NCBI GenBank assembly: GCA_965223295.1
Contig: CBDCWC010000002.1
Location: 960,001-1,024,000, forward strand
Direction: 5' to 3'
Length of the DNA stretch: 64,000 nt
Source: Nitrospirales bacterium
Lineage (GTDB): Bacteria; Nitrospirota; Nitrospiria; Nitrospirales; UBA8639
The notes under the pieces are model-generated. The model was not told where the DNA came from and made no database searches. It saw nothing but the letters and a program-made list of their open reading frames with translations. A program made the position numbers and the translations under genes. Below are positions 47,291-56,296 of this stretch, in pieces; positions within the stretch are counted from its first letter, which is position 1, and the number at the start of each line of letters is the position of its first letter.

Positions 47291-48103
47291 TTATTGTCCA
47301 AGCTCACCAGATCGATGGGTTGCCGCTTCAACCGCTTCAATCAATGTGGCTCGCAACCCACCCTCTTCCAATTGTTGAAGGCCGGTGATTGTCGTCCCAC
47401 CAGGTGAAGTCACTCTATCCTTCAGAACGGCTGGATGCTCACCCGTTTCATGCACCATCTTTGCTGCTCCCAAGACAGTTTGTACAGCCAACGTATGTGC
47501 CACGTTCCGTGGAAGGCCGACTCTCACCCCGCCATCGATTAGAGCCTCAATTACCAAGTAGACATAAGCAGGTCCGCTTCCACTCAATCCCGTCACCGCA
47601 TCCATCAAAGATTCCTCGATCACAACCACTTTGCCTACTGACTCGAAAATTTGTTGAGCCACATTCAAGTGACCTAAGCCTAAATCAGCACACCCTGCTA
47701 GAGCCGTCACGCCTTCTTGAATCACCGCTGGCGTATTAGGCATTGCCCGCACGAGAGGAATCGTTCGACCGATGATCGTTTGAATGTTGTGTATGGGAAA
47801 CCCCGCAGCAACGGATATCACAAGTTGCTTCTCTGATAGGCCAGAGTGAATTTCAGCTAAAACTTGAGACATGACTTGAGGTTTCACGCAGAGAATAATA
47901 ATATCGGCCCACGAAGCCGCATCAAGATTTTTGACCCCAACTTGGATATGATAACGATCGCGCAAAACATCTAAACGCGAAGGAGCAATATCCGTGGTCA
48001 ACAGGACATCTGGCTCTGCCAACTTGGAGGTGAGAATGCCAGATACCAAAGCTTCAGCCATATTGCCAGCACCAAGAAACGCGATTTTTAGATTAGAAAT
48101 CAT
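47291..48103 (-). CDS. proC: Pyrroline-5-carboxylate reductase
   Basis: GAGNMA, VKPQ, RAMPNTP, TGLSGSGPAY, VTSPGGTT. Confidence 0.96.
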   Translation of the reverse strand: MISNLKIAFLGAGNMAEALVSGILTSKLAEPDVLLTTDIAPSRLDVLRDRYHIQVGVKNLDAASWADIIILCVKPQVMSQVLAEIHSGLSEKQLVISVAAGFPIHNIQTIIGRTIPLVRAMPNTPAVIQEGVTALAGCADLGLGHLNVAQQIFESVGKVVVIEESLMDAVTGLSGSGPAYVYLVIEALIDGGVRVGLPRNVAHTLAVQTVLGAAKMVHETGEHPAVLKDRVTSPGGTTITGLQQLEEGGLRATLIEAVEAATHRSGELGQ

Positions 48104-48109
48104 GAGTCG

Positions 48110-48138
48110 AGTATAGCCGGAGCTTGCAGGGGGTTCAA
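48110..48138 (-). promoter_or_regulatory. Sigma70-type promoter of proC (likely leaderless)
   Basis: TTGAAC-N17-TATACT ending 6 nt before the ATG. No SD sequence. Confidence 0.55.
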
Positions 48139-48307
48139 CTCATTCGATTAAGGAATCATCTTTACACAACACGCCGCCAACTAGAACACCATTTGTCATT
48201 GTTGATCAATTCTGACCTGTAGAGGTATATTGAGGAAGCTTCTTCTCATCCTCGACACACTATCTTCGCCAAGCCCCCTTCTTTTATCTCTAAGGAGGAT
48301 TTATCCA

Positions 48308-49438
48308 ATGACCAGATTTTCTACTTCAAACAGAGATTGCTGGAAACCAAGCTGGCTCGTTTGCTTGATTCTCATGTCTTTTTGCCTAACCGGATCTTTT
48401 GCAGAAGCTCGGAGAATTCATCTCACGCCTGAACAAAAAACACAGTTAGCCAAAGCAGAAACTATTCTCGTGAATGTTCTGGCCTTAACAGAAAAAGGCC
48501 CAACTGACAACACAGCTCTTTTAAAAACTGTTTCGTCTCGTCTGGAAGAAATGAACTATGTCGTAACTACAGATTCCAAGCAGCCGCATGACATTAAATT
48601 TAAAGTTAAATGTGAAGAACGCAAAACATGGACAGGGACTTCAGCCACAGGAGGAGATGTGGATTTGCCTGACGCCCCTGATCGTCTTTGGGAGGGCCCC
48701 GCTTGCCTTTTGACCTATCAATTGAACCATCGCGACCTAGAATGGAAAAAAGAAATTCGTACTGAATTTTCTAATGCTCAACAGGCTGCTCAAGAGGCCA
48801 ATGTCGCCAATGCTGGTGACTATGCCATTCAGCAATTAAATAAAGAGTTACAAGTATATGATTTTCCCGTTCTGCTCTCAGCCGAATGGGGCCAGGTCGA
48901 TCGATTGCTTCAACTGTTAGAAAACCCTAAAACCTCCAAACTCCGAAAAGCTAAAATATTGTCTGTCCTCAGTGGATTGAATGCAGAAGAGGCCCTACCA
49001 AAATTAACCCAACTACTTGAGTCAGCAGATCTCCAGCAGGAAACGATCAACGCCATGGCCGGAGCAGGCGTTGATTCCATACCTTTATTAATTGACTTTT
49101 TTCAAACCAGCAAAGAATCTCTAATTCGGGCAGCAGCGGCAAAAGCACTTGGGAATCTCGCCGCAAAAACTGGCGACCCTCGTCCCATTCCTCCTTTGGT
49201 TCAGTACGTTGAAACCATATTACCTCAACTAAAATCGTCCGAAGACATTGACTTTCCTCTCTTAACCGAGGTGGCTTGGGCCATCGGCAAATCTCGCTGG
49301 GAGGGATCATTTAAACCAATCGGAGAATTGCAAGAAAAAATTTGGATTATTTTTGACAACTCAAAGGCCATGGCGGACCTTCGAGAGGCCACAAGCTGGA
49401 CGTACAAACAATTAGATTTAGATGGTCATGTTAGCTAA
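48308..49438 (+). CDS. Exported HEAT-repeat domain protein, paralog 1
   Basis: AAGGAGG RBS, signal peptide, IRAAAAKALG and AWAIGK HEAT-like repeats. Confidence 0.75.
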   Translation: MTRFSTSNRDCWKPSWLVCLILMSFCLTGSFAEARRIHLTPEQKTQLAKAETILVNVLALTEKGPTDNTALLKTVSSRLEEMNYVVTTDSKQPHDIKFKVKCEERKTWTGTSATGGDVDLPDAPDRLWEGPACLLTYQLNHRDLEWKKEIRTEFSNAQQAAQEANVANAGDYAIQQLNKELQVYDFPVLLSAEWGQVDRLLQLLENPKTSKLRKAKILSVLSGLNAEEALPKLTQLLESADLQQETINAMAGAGVDSIPLLIDFFQTSKESLIRAAAAKALGNLAAKTGDPRPIPPLVQYVETILPQLKSSEDIDFPLLTEVAWAIGKSRWEGSFKPIGELQEKIWIIFDNSKAMADLREATSWTYKQLDLDGHVS

Positions 49439-49455
49439 TACAATTTATACCGATA

Positions 49456-50574
49456 ATGCCGAGGAGGTTACGAATGAGGGTTTGGCTCACTACTGCCCTA
49501 TTGGGGTTCATATTTATTGGAATACTGACATCAGAAGGGTTAGCTCGCCGGACGTATTTTACTGCCGAACAAAAAGCTCAGCTCCAAGCAATTCAGACCA
49601 TTTGGGTGAAAGTCTTGGCATTAACCGAACGTGGAAAAGGTGATGGACAAGCCATCCAGGACATTATCCGAAAACGGCTCACTAACCTTGGCTATGATGT
49701 TGTCACAAGTCGGGACGACAAATCAGATGTCATGCTGATGGTGAAGTGTGAAGAACGAAAGAAATGGTCAGGCACGACACGTGCTGGTGGAGATGCTGAC
49801 CATGAAGATTCGCCTGCCCGCCTATGGACAGGACCAGCCTGTCATTTTTCGTACCGCCTCAATGGAAAAGATCTTGGGTGGCAAAAAGAAGCCCGGACGG
49901 ACTTTGAAGATTCTGTGGTCGCCGCGAAGGCGGCCAACGCTCCAAAGTCCGGTCCTTATGCGCTAGACCAGTTGGCCAAACGGTTAGAAACCTTTGATTT
50001 CCCAGTTATGCTTGCAGCCGAATGGGGACACGATACCCATCTTTTCACATTGCTGAAAGATCCAGAGACCCCTAGACCCAGAAAGTTAAAGATTTTATCC
50101 TTGCTGCCTGACATGGAATCTCATGGCGCCCTGCCATTTATCAAATCGTTTTTTCAGGATCCAGAAATGGCAGAACCAGCAATTGTAGCATTAGCCGCTA
50201 CTGGAAGCGAAGCCATTCCCCTGCTCACAGAGGTCTTTCAAACGCACTCAGACTCAAAGATCCGGGCTGCGGCCGCCAAAGGCTTAGGAGAAATTGGGGC
50301 ACATACCGGTGATCCGGCAATTACCCCACCTATCCTTGATTACCTGATTGAAAATTTACGGCATATGAACTCATCCGCTGATATTGATTTTCCGGTGTTG
50401 ACTGAAGTGGTCTGGAGCTTAGGAAAACTCCGCAATGAAAACTCTATTCCACCTATGAGAGAATTAGAAAAAAAGGTGTGGCTGATCTATGACACCTCAA
50501 AAGAAATGACAGAACTTCGAGATGCAACAAATTGGACGATCAAAATGGTGGATATGGATGGCCAAATTCAATAA
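49456..50574 (+). CDS. Exported HEAT-repeat domain protein, paralog 2
   Basis: Colinear with paralog 1 (VKCEERK.W.GT...GGD, LW.GPAC, DFPV.L.AEWG, DIDFP.LTEV.W). Confidence 0.75.
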   Translation: MPRRLRMRVWLTTALLGFIFIGILTSEGLARRTYFTAEQKAQLQAIQTIWVKVLALTERGKGDGQAIQDIIRKRLTNLGYDVVTSRDDKSDVMLMVKCEERKKWSGTTRAGGDADHEDSPARLWTGPACHFSYRLNGKDLGWQKEARTDFEDSVVAAKAANAPKSGPYALDQLAKRLETFDFPVMLAAEWGHDTHLFTLLKDPETPRPRKLKILSLLPDMESHGALPFIKSFFQDPEMAEPAIVALAATGSEAIPLLTEVFQTHSDSKIRAAAAKGLGEIGAHTGDPAITPPILDYLIENLRHMNSSADIDFPVLTEVVWSLGKLRNENSIPPMRELEKKVWLIYDTSKEMTELRDATNWTIKMVDMDGQIQ

Positions 50575-50714
50575 GGGCATCTCTAAAAACTGAAGATTTT
50601 TCTGAGGGCAAGGAAGCGGCGCGCGGAAAACCGCAGTGTATGGGCCGATACATGAGGATTTGAGCATGCGGCTGACGCCACCCTCGGGAAAAAGAACAGT
50701 TTTTAGAGGTGTCC
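50575..50714. mobile_element. MITE family B, 140 bp
   Basis: 18-bp TIR GGGCATCTCTAAAAACTG / CAGTTTTTAGAGGTGTCC (2 mismatches), AATAA on both flanks. Confidence 0.8.
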
Positions 50715-50805
50715 AATAAGCAAAGAATTATTCACTCCAAGCTCTCTTACCCTTTTAGGACTTAGCCGCAAAGAGAGGACAAGGCTGGGATGAGGGTTAA
50801 CGTAT

Positions 50806-51363
50806 TTGATGGTTAAGCCACAATATATTCATTCAAAGGGCCCTCATGCCGTATCAACACTCACGCTAATTATTTTTCTCAGCACGACTTTCAGTTCTCC
50901 TCTCCTAACTGATTCCCTCGCACAACGCATGGGAGAACAGGCCGAGATGGATCGGCTTGAGCAACAGGCAGATGATCTTGCCGCCCAACAAGACCCGGAA
51001 GGAGCAGCCTCGGCTATTGGCAAGGCCGCTATGATGGCCGACCTGTTAACAAAAGACTCTCAAGAGCCTACTGCTGAACAAATTTTTCATGGCGCATCCC
51101 ACCTTTTTCGTGCCCAAGAATTAGGCCTGCGGGCACTAGCCCTATTCGAACGAACTGGAGGCCAGCCACCAGCTCCAGCTGGAGTCTGCCACTATCTTGT
51201 CCAGAGTACTAATAAGTTACAGCTAGCTCAAACATTCCTAAAAAGCCCACTCATTATCAAACAAGAAAGTCTTCAGGCAAGACAAAAGAATCTTCTTAAT
51301 AAAAATGATGAATGGAAAAAGTTACTGGTCGGCTTACATGAAGACTTTGCGTGCCCGCACTAA
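50806..51363 (+). CDS. Hypothetical exported helical protein
   Basis: Signal-like N-terminus and helical pattern with two Cys. Start codon uncertain. Confidence 0.65.
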   Translation: MMVKPQYIHSKGPHAVSTLTLIIFLSTTFSSPLLTDSLAQRMGEQAEMDRLEQQADDLAAQQDPEGAASAIGKAAMMADLLTKDSQEPTAEQIFHGASHLFRAQELGLRALALFERTGGQPPAPAGVCHYLVQSTNKLQLAQTFLKSPLIIKQESLQARQKNLLNKNDEWKKLLVGLHEDFACPH

Positions 51364-51419
51364 CTCAACACACAATTAAGCTCCGCCTCGATCTTACTCC
51401 TGCTGCTCGAGTCACTTCA

Positions 51420-51609
51420 GGGACTGTTGAACAATGATGATAGCAACGACCACATTTCGTGTCTGAGAAATAACATGTCAGAGACCGCAGGTCTGTTCAA
51501 AAAAGTCCGTTCAGCAAGGCCACAGCTCTTTTTGCCCGCGGAGCATACTGGCAGTATGTAAGCACAAAAAATAGCGAGAACGCCGCTGACGGCTTTTTTC
51601 AACAGACCC
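51420..51609 (+). mobile_element. MITE family A, copy 2 (no nested insert)
   Basis: GGGACTGTTGAA...TTCAACAGACCC, colinear with copy 1. Confidence 0.8.
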
Positions 51610-51617
51610 CTAACACT

Positions 51618-53141
51618 ATGATGCCAAAACCTCTTATTACAGCTTCAATGCTTTATAACCTCACAAGCTGTGAGCATCGCCTATACCTGGATACGTTTGG
51701 AGATCAATCACAACGAGGGGAACCAAACACCTTCATTCAACTATTATGGGAAAAAGGCACGCTCTTTGAGAAAGAAGTGATGACCCACCTAGAGCTCCCT
51801 TTCCTCGACTTGTCCTCCTACAAAGGAGCTGAGAAAGAATCTCGCACACGGGAGGCAATACAACAACAAGCGCAACTTATTTATGGCGGGCGCCTTTCTA
51901 TAAATCATCTATTGGGAGAGCCTGATTTATTGCGAAAAGAGCAAACGGGTTATGTCGCCGGCGATATCAAATCAGGTGCCGGAGAAGAGGGCAATGAAGA
52001 CAATGGCAAACTCAAAAAATCCTATGCCGTCCAACTAGGACTGTATACTGATATTCTCGAGCAGCTTAACTTTTCCGCTGGTCGGTGGGGTTTCATCTGG
52101 GACACCCATGGGAAAGAAGTACGTTATGATTTTAGCCAACCTCAAGGATTACGAACACCCCAAACTTGGTGGGAGCTCTACCAAACCTATCACCAACAGG
52201 CCCATGACATCCTTAAACAACAGCGTCACACGCAAGCGGCCTATAGTAGTGGAGTCTGTAAACTCTGTGAATGGTATCGACCCTGTTTGCTCCAACTGCA
52301 AAAACGCGATGACCTCACGTTGCTCCCTGAGTTAGGCCGCACTAAGCGTGACATTCTTCAGAAGAACTTTCCTACAGTTCAGGACTTTGCCTCGGCTGAT
52401 CTCAGCGAACTCATTCAAGGCAAGAAAACCCCCTTTCCTGGAATTGGCCAGGGAACCATGAAAAAACTCCATGCTCGCGCCCAACTCATTGCGGAAGGAG
52501 ATCAGGCACGCCCTTACCTGCGAGAACTGATCGACTTACCTCCTCATGAATCAGAGATTTTTTTTGATATTGAAGTAGATCCGCTTCGCGATCATACCTA
52601 TCTTCATGGCTTCATTGAACGTCAGCAACAAGATAATACATCTGAACAGTTTGTCGCCTTTTTCGTTTATCAGCCTACTCCAGAATCAGAACGCACGGCC
52701 TTTGCTCAAGCCATACACTATCTGCGCCAGCATCCCGATTCAAAAATTTATTATTACTCCAAATATGAACGCACGCTCTATCGAAAACTCCAAGTCAAAT
52801 ATCCTGATGTTTGCTCGGCTGAAGAGATTGAAGCCCTCTTTAATCCAGAACGCGCCATTGACTTGTATTTCGATGTGGTCTTAAAGGCCACGGAATGGCC
52901 CACTCGCGATTATTCGATCAAATCACTGGCGAAATATTTAGGCTTTGTTTGGCGAGACACTCACCCCTCCGGCGCCGCCTCGATCGAGTGGTTTCATCGT
53001 TGGGTAGAAAGTGGCGATCATGAGATCAAGCAGCGCATTCTGGACTACAACGAAGACGATTGCCGGGCTACCCGCGTTTTATTAGATGGGATAAGGCAGC
53101 TATCTCCTCGAACGGTCCCTGACTCACCACAGAACATTTGA
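51618..53141 (+). CDS. TM0106-family RecB-like nuclease with C-terminal RNase H-like domain
   Basis: GEPDLL...GDIKS (PD-(D/E)xK), QLGLY, CKLCEW...C, FFDIE, YSIKSLA, YNEDDCRAT. Confidence 0.85.
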   Translation: MMPKPLITASMLYNLTSCEHRLYLDTFGDQSQRGEPNTFIQLLWEKGTLFEKEVMTHLELPFLDLSSYKGAEKESRTREAIQQQAQLIYGGRLSINHLLGEPDLLRKEQTGYVAGDIKSGAGEEGNEDNGKLKKSYAVQLGLYTDILEQLNFSAGRWGFIWDTHGKEVRYDFSQPQGLRTPQTWWELYQTYHQQAHDILKQQRHTQAAYSSGVCKLCEWYRPCLLQLQKRDDLTLLPELGRTKRDILQKNFPTVQDFASADLSELIQGKKTPFPGIGQGTMKKLHARAQLIAEGDQARPYLRELIDLPPHESEIFFDIEVDPLRDHTYLHGFIERQQQDNTSEQFVAFFVYQPTPESERTAFAQAIHYLRQHPDSKIYYYSKYERTLYRKLQVKYPDVCSAEEIEALFNPERAIDLYFDVVLKATEWPTRDYSIKSLAKYLGFVWRDTHPSGAASIEWFHRWVESGDHEIKQRILDYNEDDCRATRVLLDGIRQLSPRTVPDSPQNI

Positions 53142-53245
53142 CACACAAGGAAAACAACATGACTTAGGTTTCATACAACGAGACGGGCCGGCACGCATGC
53201 TTTCGCAACTCCGAGAGCCAAAGACAGGCCCTACAGTCTAATAAT

Positions 53246-54037
53246 CTACTCGCCGACGCGGACAAGCATGCCCTTTTCTTTGCACACATTGAAGGTGTGA
53301 TAAAACCAGGTCACAATCACGACGAAGAACAAAAAGTTCAGGCCAGTTGCCCAAAGAATATGATTCACAGGGACCACTTCATCGACCAGGACGGCGCGCA
53401 TACCTTCAAAAATATGGGCAGGAGGAACCATCCACGCAATAGATTGGAGAATAGGAGGGAGAACCTCAAGCGGATAGAACACACAAGAAATGGGCTGAAA
53501 CAAAAAGACCATGCCCCATGCTAAGACTTCGGCTTGTTGGCCAAAACGCATAATAATTGACGTGGTCAGAACCCCAATAATCCAACCCGAGAGCACCAAG
53601 TTCATGACAAATGGAAGAAGGGAAAATCCGATTTTCAACATATCATAGGAATAAAACACCCAGGCAAAAACCATCATGAGACTGGCCACAGCCGTCACCT
53701 TCAAGATACTCATGATCATGGTTGAGGCCAAATATTCTCCAACGGTTAGTGGACTGGCAAAGAGGTTCATGAGATTCCGTGACCACATCTCTTCAAGAAA
53801 TGAGACAGCCACTCCTTGCTGAGAACGAAACAACACATCCCAAAGAATTAATGCACCCAAGAAGAAAGCCACAGCACCATGGAGAGACACTCCTGAATCT
53901 TTCAAGTAGACAGTAATAAATCCCCACACGACCAAATCTAAAAATGGCCAATAAAAGATTTCGAGCATACGTGCAAAACTGCGTTTATAGAGATACAGAT
54001 GACGAGAGAGTAACCCTCCAATACGCCCAATGTTCAT
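53246..54037 (-). CDS. ABC-2 type transporter permease
   Basis: Six TM segments, FYPLEVLP...PPAHIFEGMR. Confidence 0.88.
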   Translation of the reverse strand: MNIGRIGGLLSRHLYLYKRSFARMLEIFYWPFLDLVVWGFITVYLKDSGVSLHGAVAFFLGALILWDVLFRSQQGVAVSFLEEMWSRNLMNLFASPLTVGEYLASTMIMSILKVTAVASLMMVFAWVFYSYDMLKIGFSLLPFVMNLVLSGWIIGVLTTSIIMRFGQQAEVLAWGMVFLFQPISCVFYPLEVLPPILQSIAWMVPPAHIFEGMRAVLVDEVVPVNHILWATGLNFLFFVVIVTWFYHTFNVCKEKGMLVRVGE

Positions 54038-54771
54038 TGCGCTTTTGCTTCCCGTGCGATTTTCAAAAACACTTCTTCTAAATCACGCTGTCCATATCGT
54101 TGAATAATCTGATCTGCCGTCCCCTCTGCCACAATACGACCATGCTGAAGAAAAATGATGCGATTGGACATTTCCTCCATTTCGCGCATGTTATGCGACG
54201 TGTAGAGAATGCTTAAATTGACCGTTCGCTGATACTCCTTCAAAAACGCTTTAATCTTATTCACGATATCCGGATCTAAACTCGCAGTGGGCTCATCTAG
54301 AAAGAGGATTTTAGGTTGCGTCATCAACGCTTTGGCCAACGTCAGTCTGGACATTTGGCCTGAAGATAATTTTCGAGTCAGTTTCGACCGAATATCCTCC
54401 ATCTCTAAATTTTCGACAATAGCATCAACACGTTTTTGGATATGCTGCAGGCTATAGAGTCGAGCAATCACTTTGAGATTTTCTTCAACCGTCAACGAAA
54501 ATGGCATGGAAATATAGGTGGAAGAAAAATTGACTTGTTGCAGAATCGCTTCCCGATGCTGAGCAAGATCAAGCCCAAACATATGAATAGAGCCTGAGGT
54601 GGGGGATATAAGGCCAAGTAGGGTATGAATGGTTGTCGTTTTTCCCGCACCATTCGGTCCAAGCAGGCCTAAAATTTCTCCTTCATGAATGTCAAAAGAT
54701 ATATCATCGACCGCCGTAAAATCACCAAAGAGTTTGGTCAGATTTCGCACTTCAACTATAGGTTTAGACAT
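54034..54771 (-). CDS. ABC transporter ATP-binding protein
   Basis: GPNGAGKT, LSSGQ, FLDEPT. Start at 54771 avoids overlap with the cytochrome gene. Confidence 0.9.
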   Translation of the reverse strand: MSKPIVEVRNLTKLFGDFTAVDDISFDIHEGEILGLLGPNGAGKTTTIHTLLGLISPTSGSIHMFGLDLAQHREAILQQVNFSSTYISMPFSLTVEENLKVIARLYSLQHIQKRVDAIVENLEMEDIRSKLTRKLSSGQMSRLTLAKALMTQPKILFLDEPTASLDPDIVNKIKAFLKEYQRTVNLSILYTSHNMREMEEMSNRIIFLQHGRIVAEGTADQIIQRYGQRDLEEVFLKIAREAKAQ

Positions 54772-54779
54772 GGAGAGAC

Positions 54780-55478
54780 TTAGAACAAAAATCCGCCAAT
54801 TTTGTCCGGCAGGTGACATGTTTCGCAACGATTACTGAGGACCTCACCGTCATAGGTTTGCTTTCCATCATGACACCGCATGCAATCAGCCATCGTGTTT
54901 TTCCAAAGTACAGAATTTTGAGGAAAGGCTGGCTCATGAGATTGGTCATCAAGTTTGACATGTCCGCGAGGAATGACAATGGGGTAGTTTTTTATTGGCG
55001 TTCCATGGACCACACGAGCATGACAGGTTGTACAACCTTCTCCCTGTCCACGTTTCTCGAACGCTTGCATATGGTCTCGATGATCCATGATGAGACCCAC
55101 CTCTTTGACAGGAGATGGCAAATCACGTGCTGAGACCTCGCTGACTCGCAGGATTGCCCGATGACAGCCAAGACAGACTTCTGTTGAGACATGGGATTGA
55201 AGGTTATGTGGTTCTGTGGGAGTTCCAAAGAAAGTAATGGCGACATCTTCTAGTCCTGCCAACACCTTATCCTGAATAAAACCGGAGAAGCCAGGTCTGA
55301 CATGGCAATCCACGCAGGTTACATCCTGATGACTAGAACGCGTCCAAGAATCGAAAGACGGCTTAATGGTATGACAACTCGCACAAAAGGTAGGCTGGTT
55401 GGTAAGAGGAATGGCTGCCGCCCCTCCTAAGGCCAGCACGACAAGCGCGGCCAAGATGAGGGTCAGACTTTTACCCAT
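54780..55478 (-). CDS. Membrane-anchored NapC/NirT-like multiheme cytochrome c (6 CxxCH)
   Basis: N-terminal TM segment, then CASCH, CVDCH, CLGCH, CTTCH, CMRCH, CETCH. Confidence 0.88.
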   Translation of the reverse strand: MGKSLTLILAALVVLALGGAAAIPLTNQPTFCASCHTIKPSFDSWTRSSHQDVTCVDCHVRPGFSGFIQDKVLAGLEDVAITFFGTPTEPHNLQSHVSTEVCLGCHRAILRVSEVSARDLPSPVKEVGLIMDHRDHMQAFEKRGQGEGCTTCHARVVHGTPIKNYPIVIPRGHVKLDDQSHEPAFPQNSVLWKNTMADCMRCHDGKQTYDGEVLSNRCETCHLPDKIGGFLF

Positions 55479-55479
55479 A

Positions 55480-55704
55480 GGGTCTGTTGAAAAAAGCCGT
55501 CAGCGGCGTTCCCTGCCCTTGCCGAAGCGGCTTCGCGGAGGCAGGTCGCCATTGTTCCGTGCTCACGTCGTGCCAGGACGCTCCGCGCGCAAACATGGCT
55601 GCGGCCTTGCTGAGCGGACTTTTTTGAATCGACCCGAAGTCGCTCATCATCCATGGGTGCCTGGCGAAATATGCCCCTTGATATCTTCACTATTCAACAC
55701 TCCC
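55480..55704 (-). mobile_element. MITE family A, copy 3 (with 34-bp nested insert)
   Basis: GGGTCTGTTGAAAAAAGCCG...TTCAACACTCCC, the reverse complement of copies 1 and 2. Confidence 0.8.
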
Positions 55705-55713
55705 CAATGAGAT

Positions 55714-56217
55714 CTACAAATCCGCTTGGAGGGGAAACCTAGAGATCAGAAGCTGAGCCAACCCTTGTACATCGTCTCGATCGAACCAAGGAACCTGCAT
55801 CTCAAGAGGCTTTATGGAAGCCACAGCGAGCAAACCTTCAAGCGAAACATCCACTTCTTGGACTTCTTCCCGTACCACAATCACTTTGGGAAATCCTTGG
55901 CTTTTCCATCCTTCGGCAATGATTAAATCGGTATCCTGATTCACAAATCGCTCTCGTACGTCTTCGAGAGGCAACTCTTCGGGCACATCAGCAAACATGG
56001 CAAGACTGCCTTTTGAGAGCACAACCACTTGATTGGCCCCTGCTCGTTTATGCCGCCAACTATCTTTTCCCTCAGTGTCGAGATCAAACCCATGCCCCGC
56101 ATGCTTAACCGTGGCTACGCGATAACCTGCTCGAGTAAGTTCGGGAATTAATCGTTCGATGAGCGTGGTTTTTCCACTGTTGGAATGTCCCACGAAACAC
56201 ACAATAGGGGGTACCAT
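55714..56217 (-). CDS. mobB: Molybdopterin-guanine dinucleotide biosynthesis protein B
   Basis: GHSNSGKTT, VKHAGH, EGKDSWRHKRAGA, AEGWK. Confidence 0.92.
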   Translation of the reverse strand: MVPPIVCFVGHSNSGKTTLIERLIPELTRAGYRVATVKHAGHGFDLDTEGKDSWRHKRAGANQVVVLSKGSLAMFADVPEELPLEDVRERFVNQDTDLIIAEGWKSQGFPKVIVVREEVQEVDVSLEGLLAVASIKPLEMQVPWFDRDDVQGLAQLLISRFPLQADL

Positions 56218-56296
56218 ATTGAAACCTGCATATTCTTGAATAAAGGTGAAACAGGATCAATTCACATCCTATGAAATGACCAGCCAACAAAATGGT

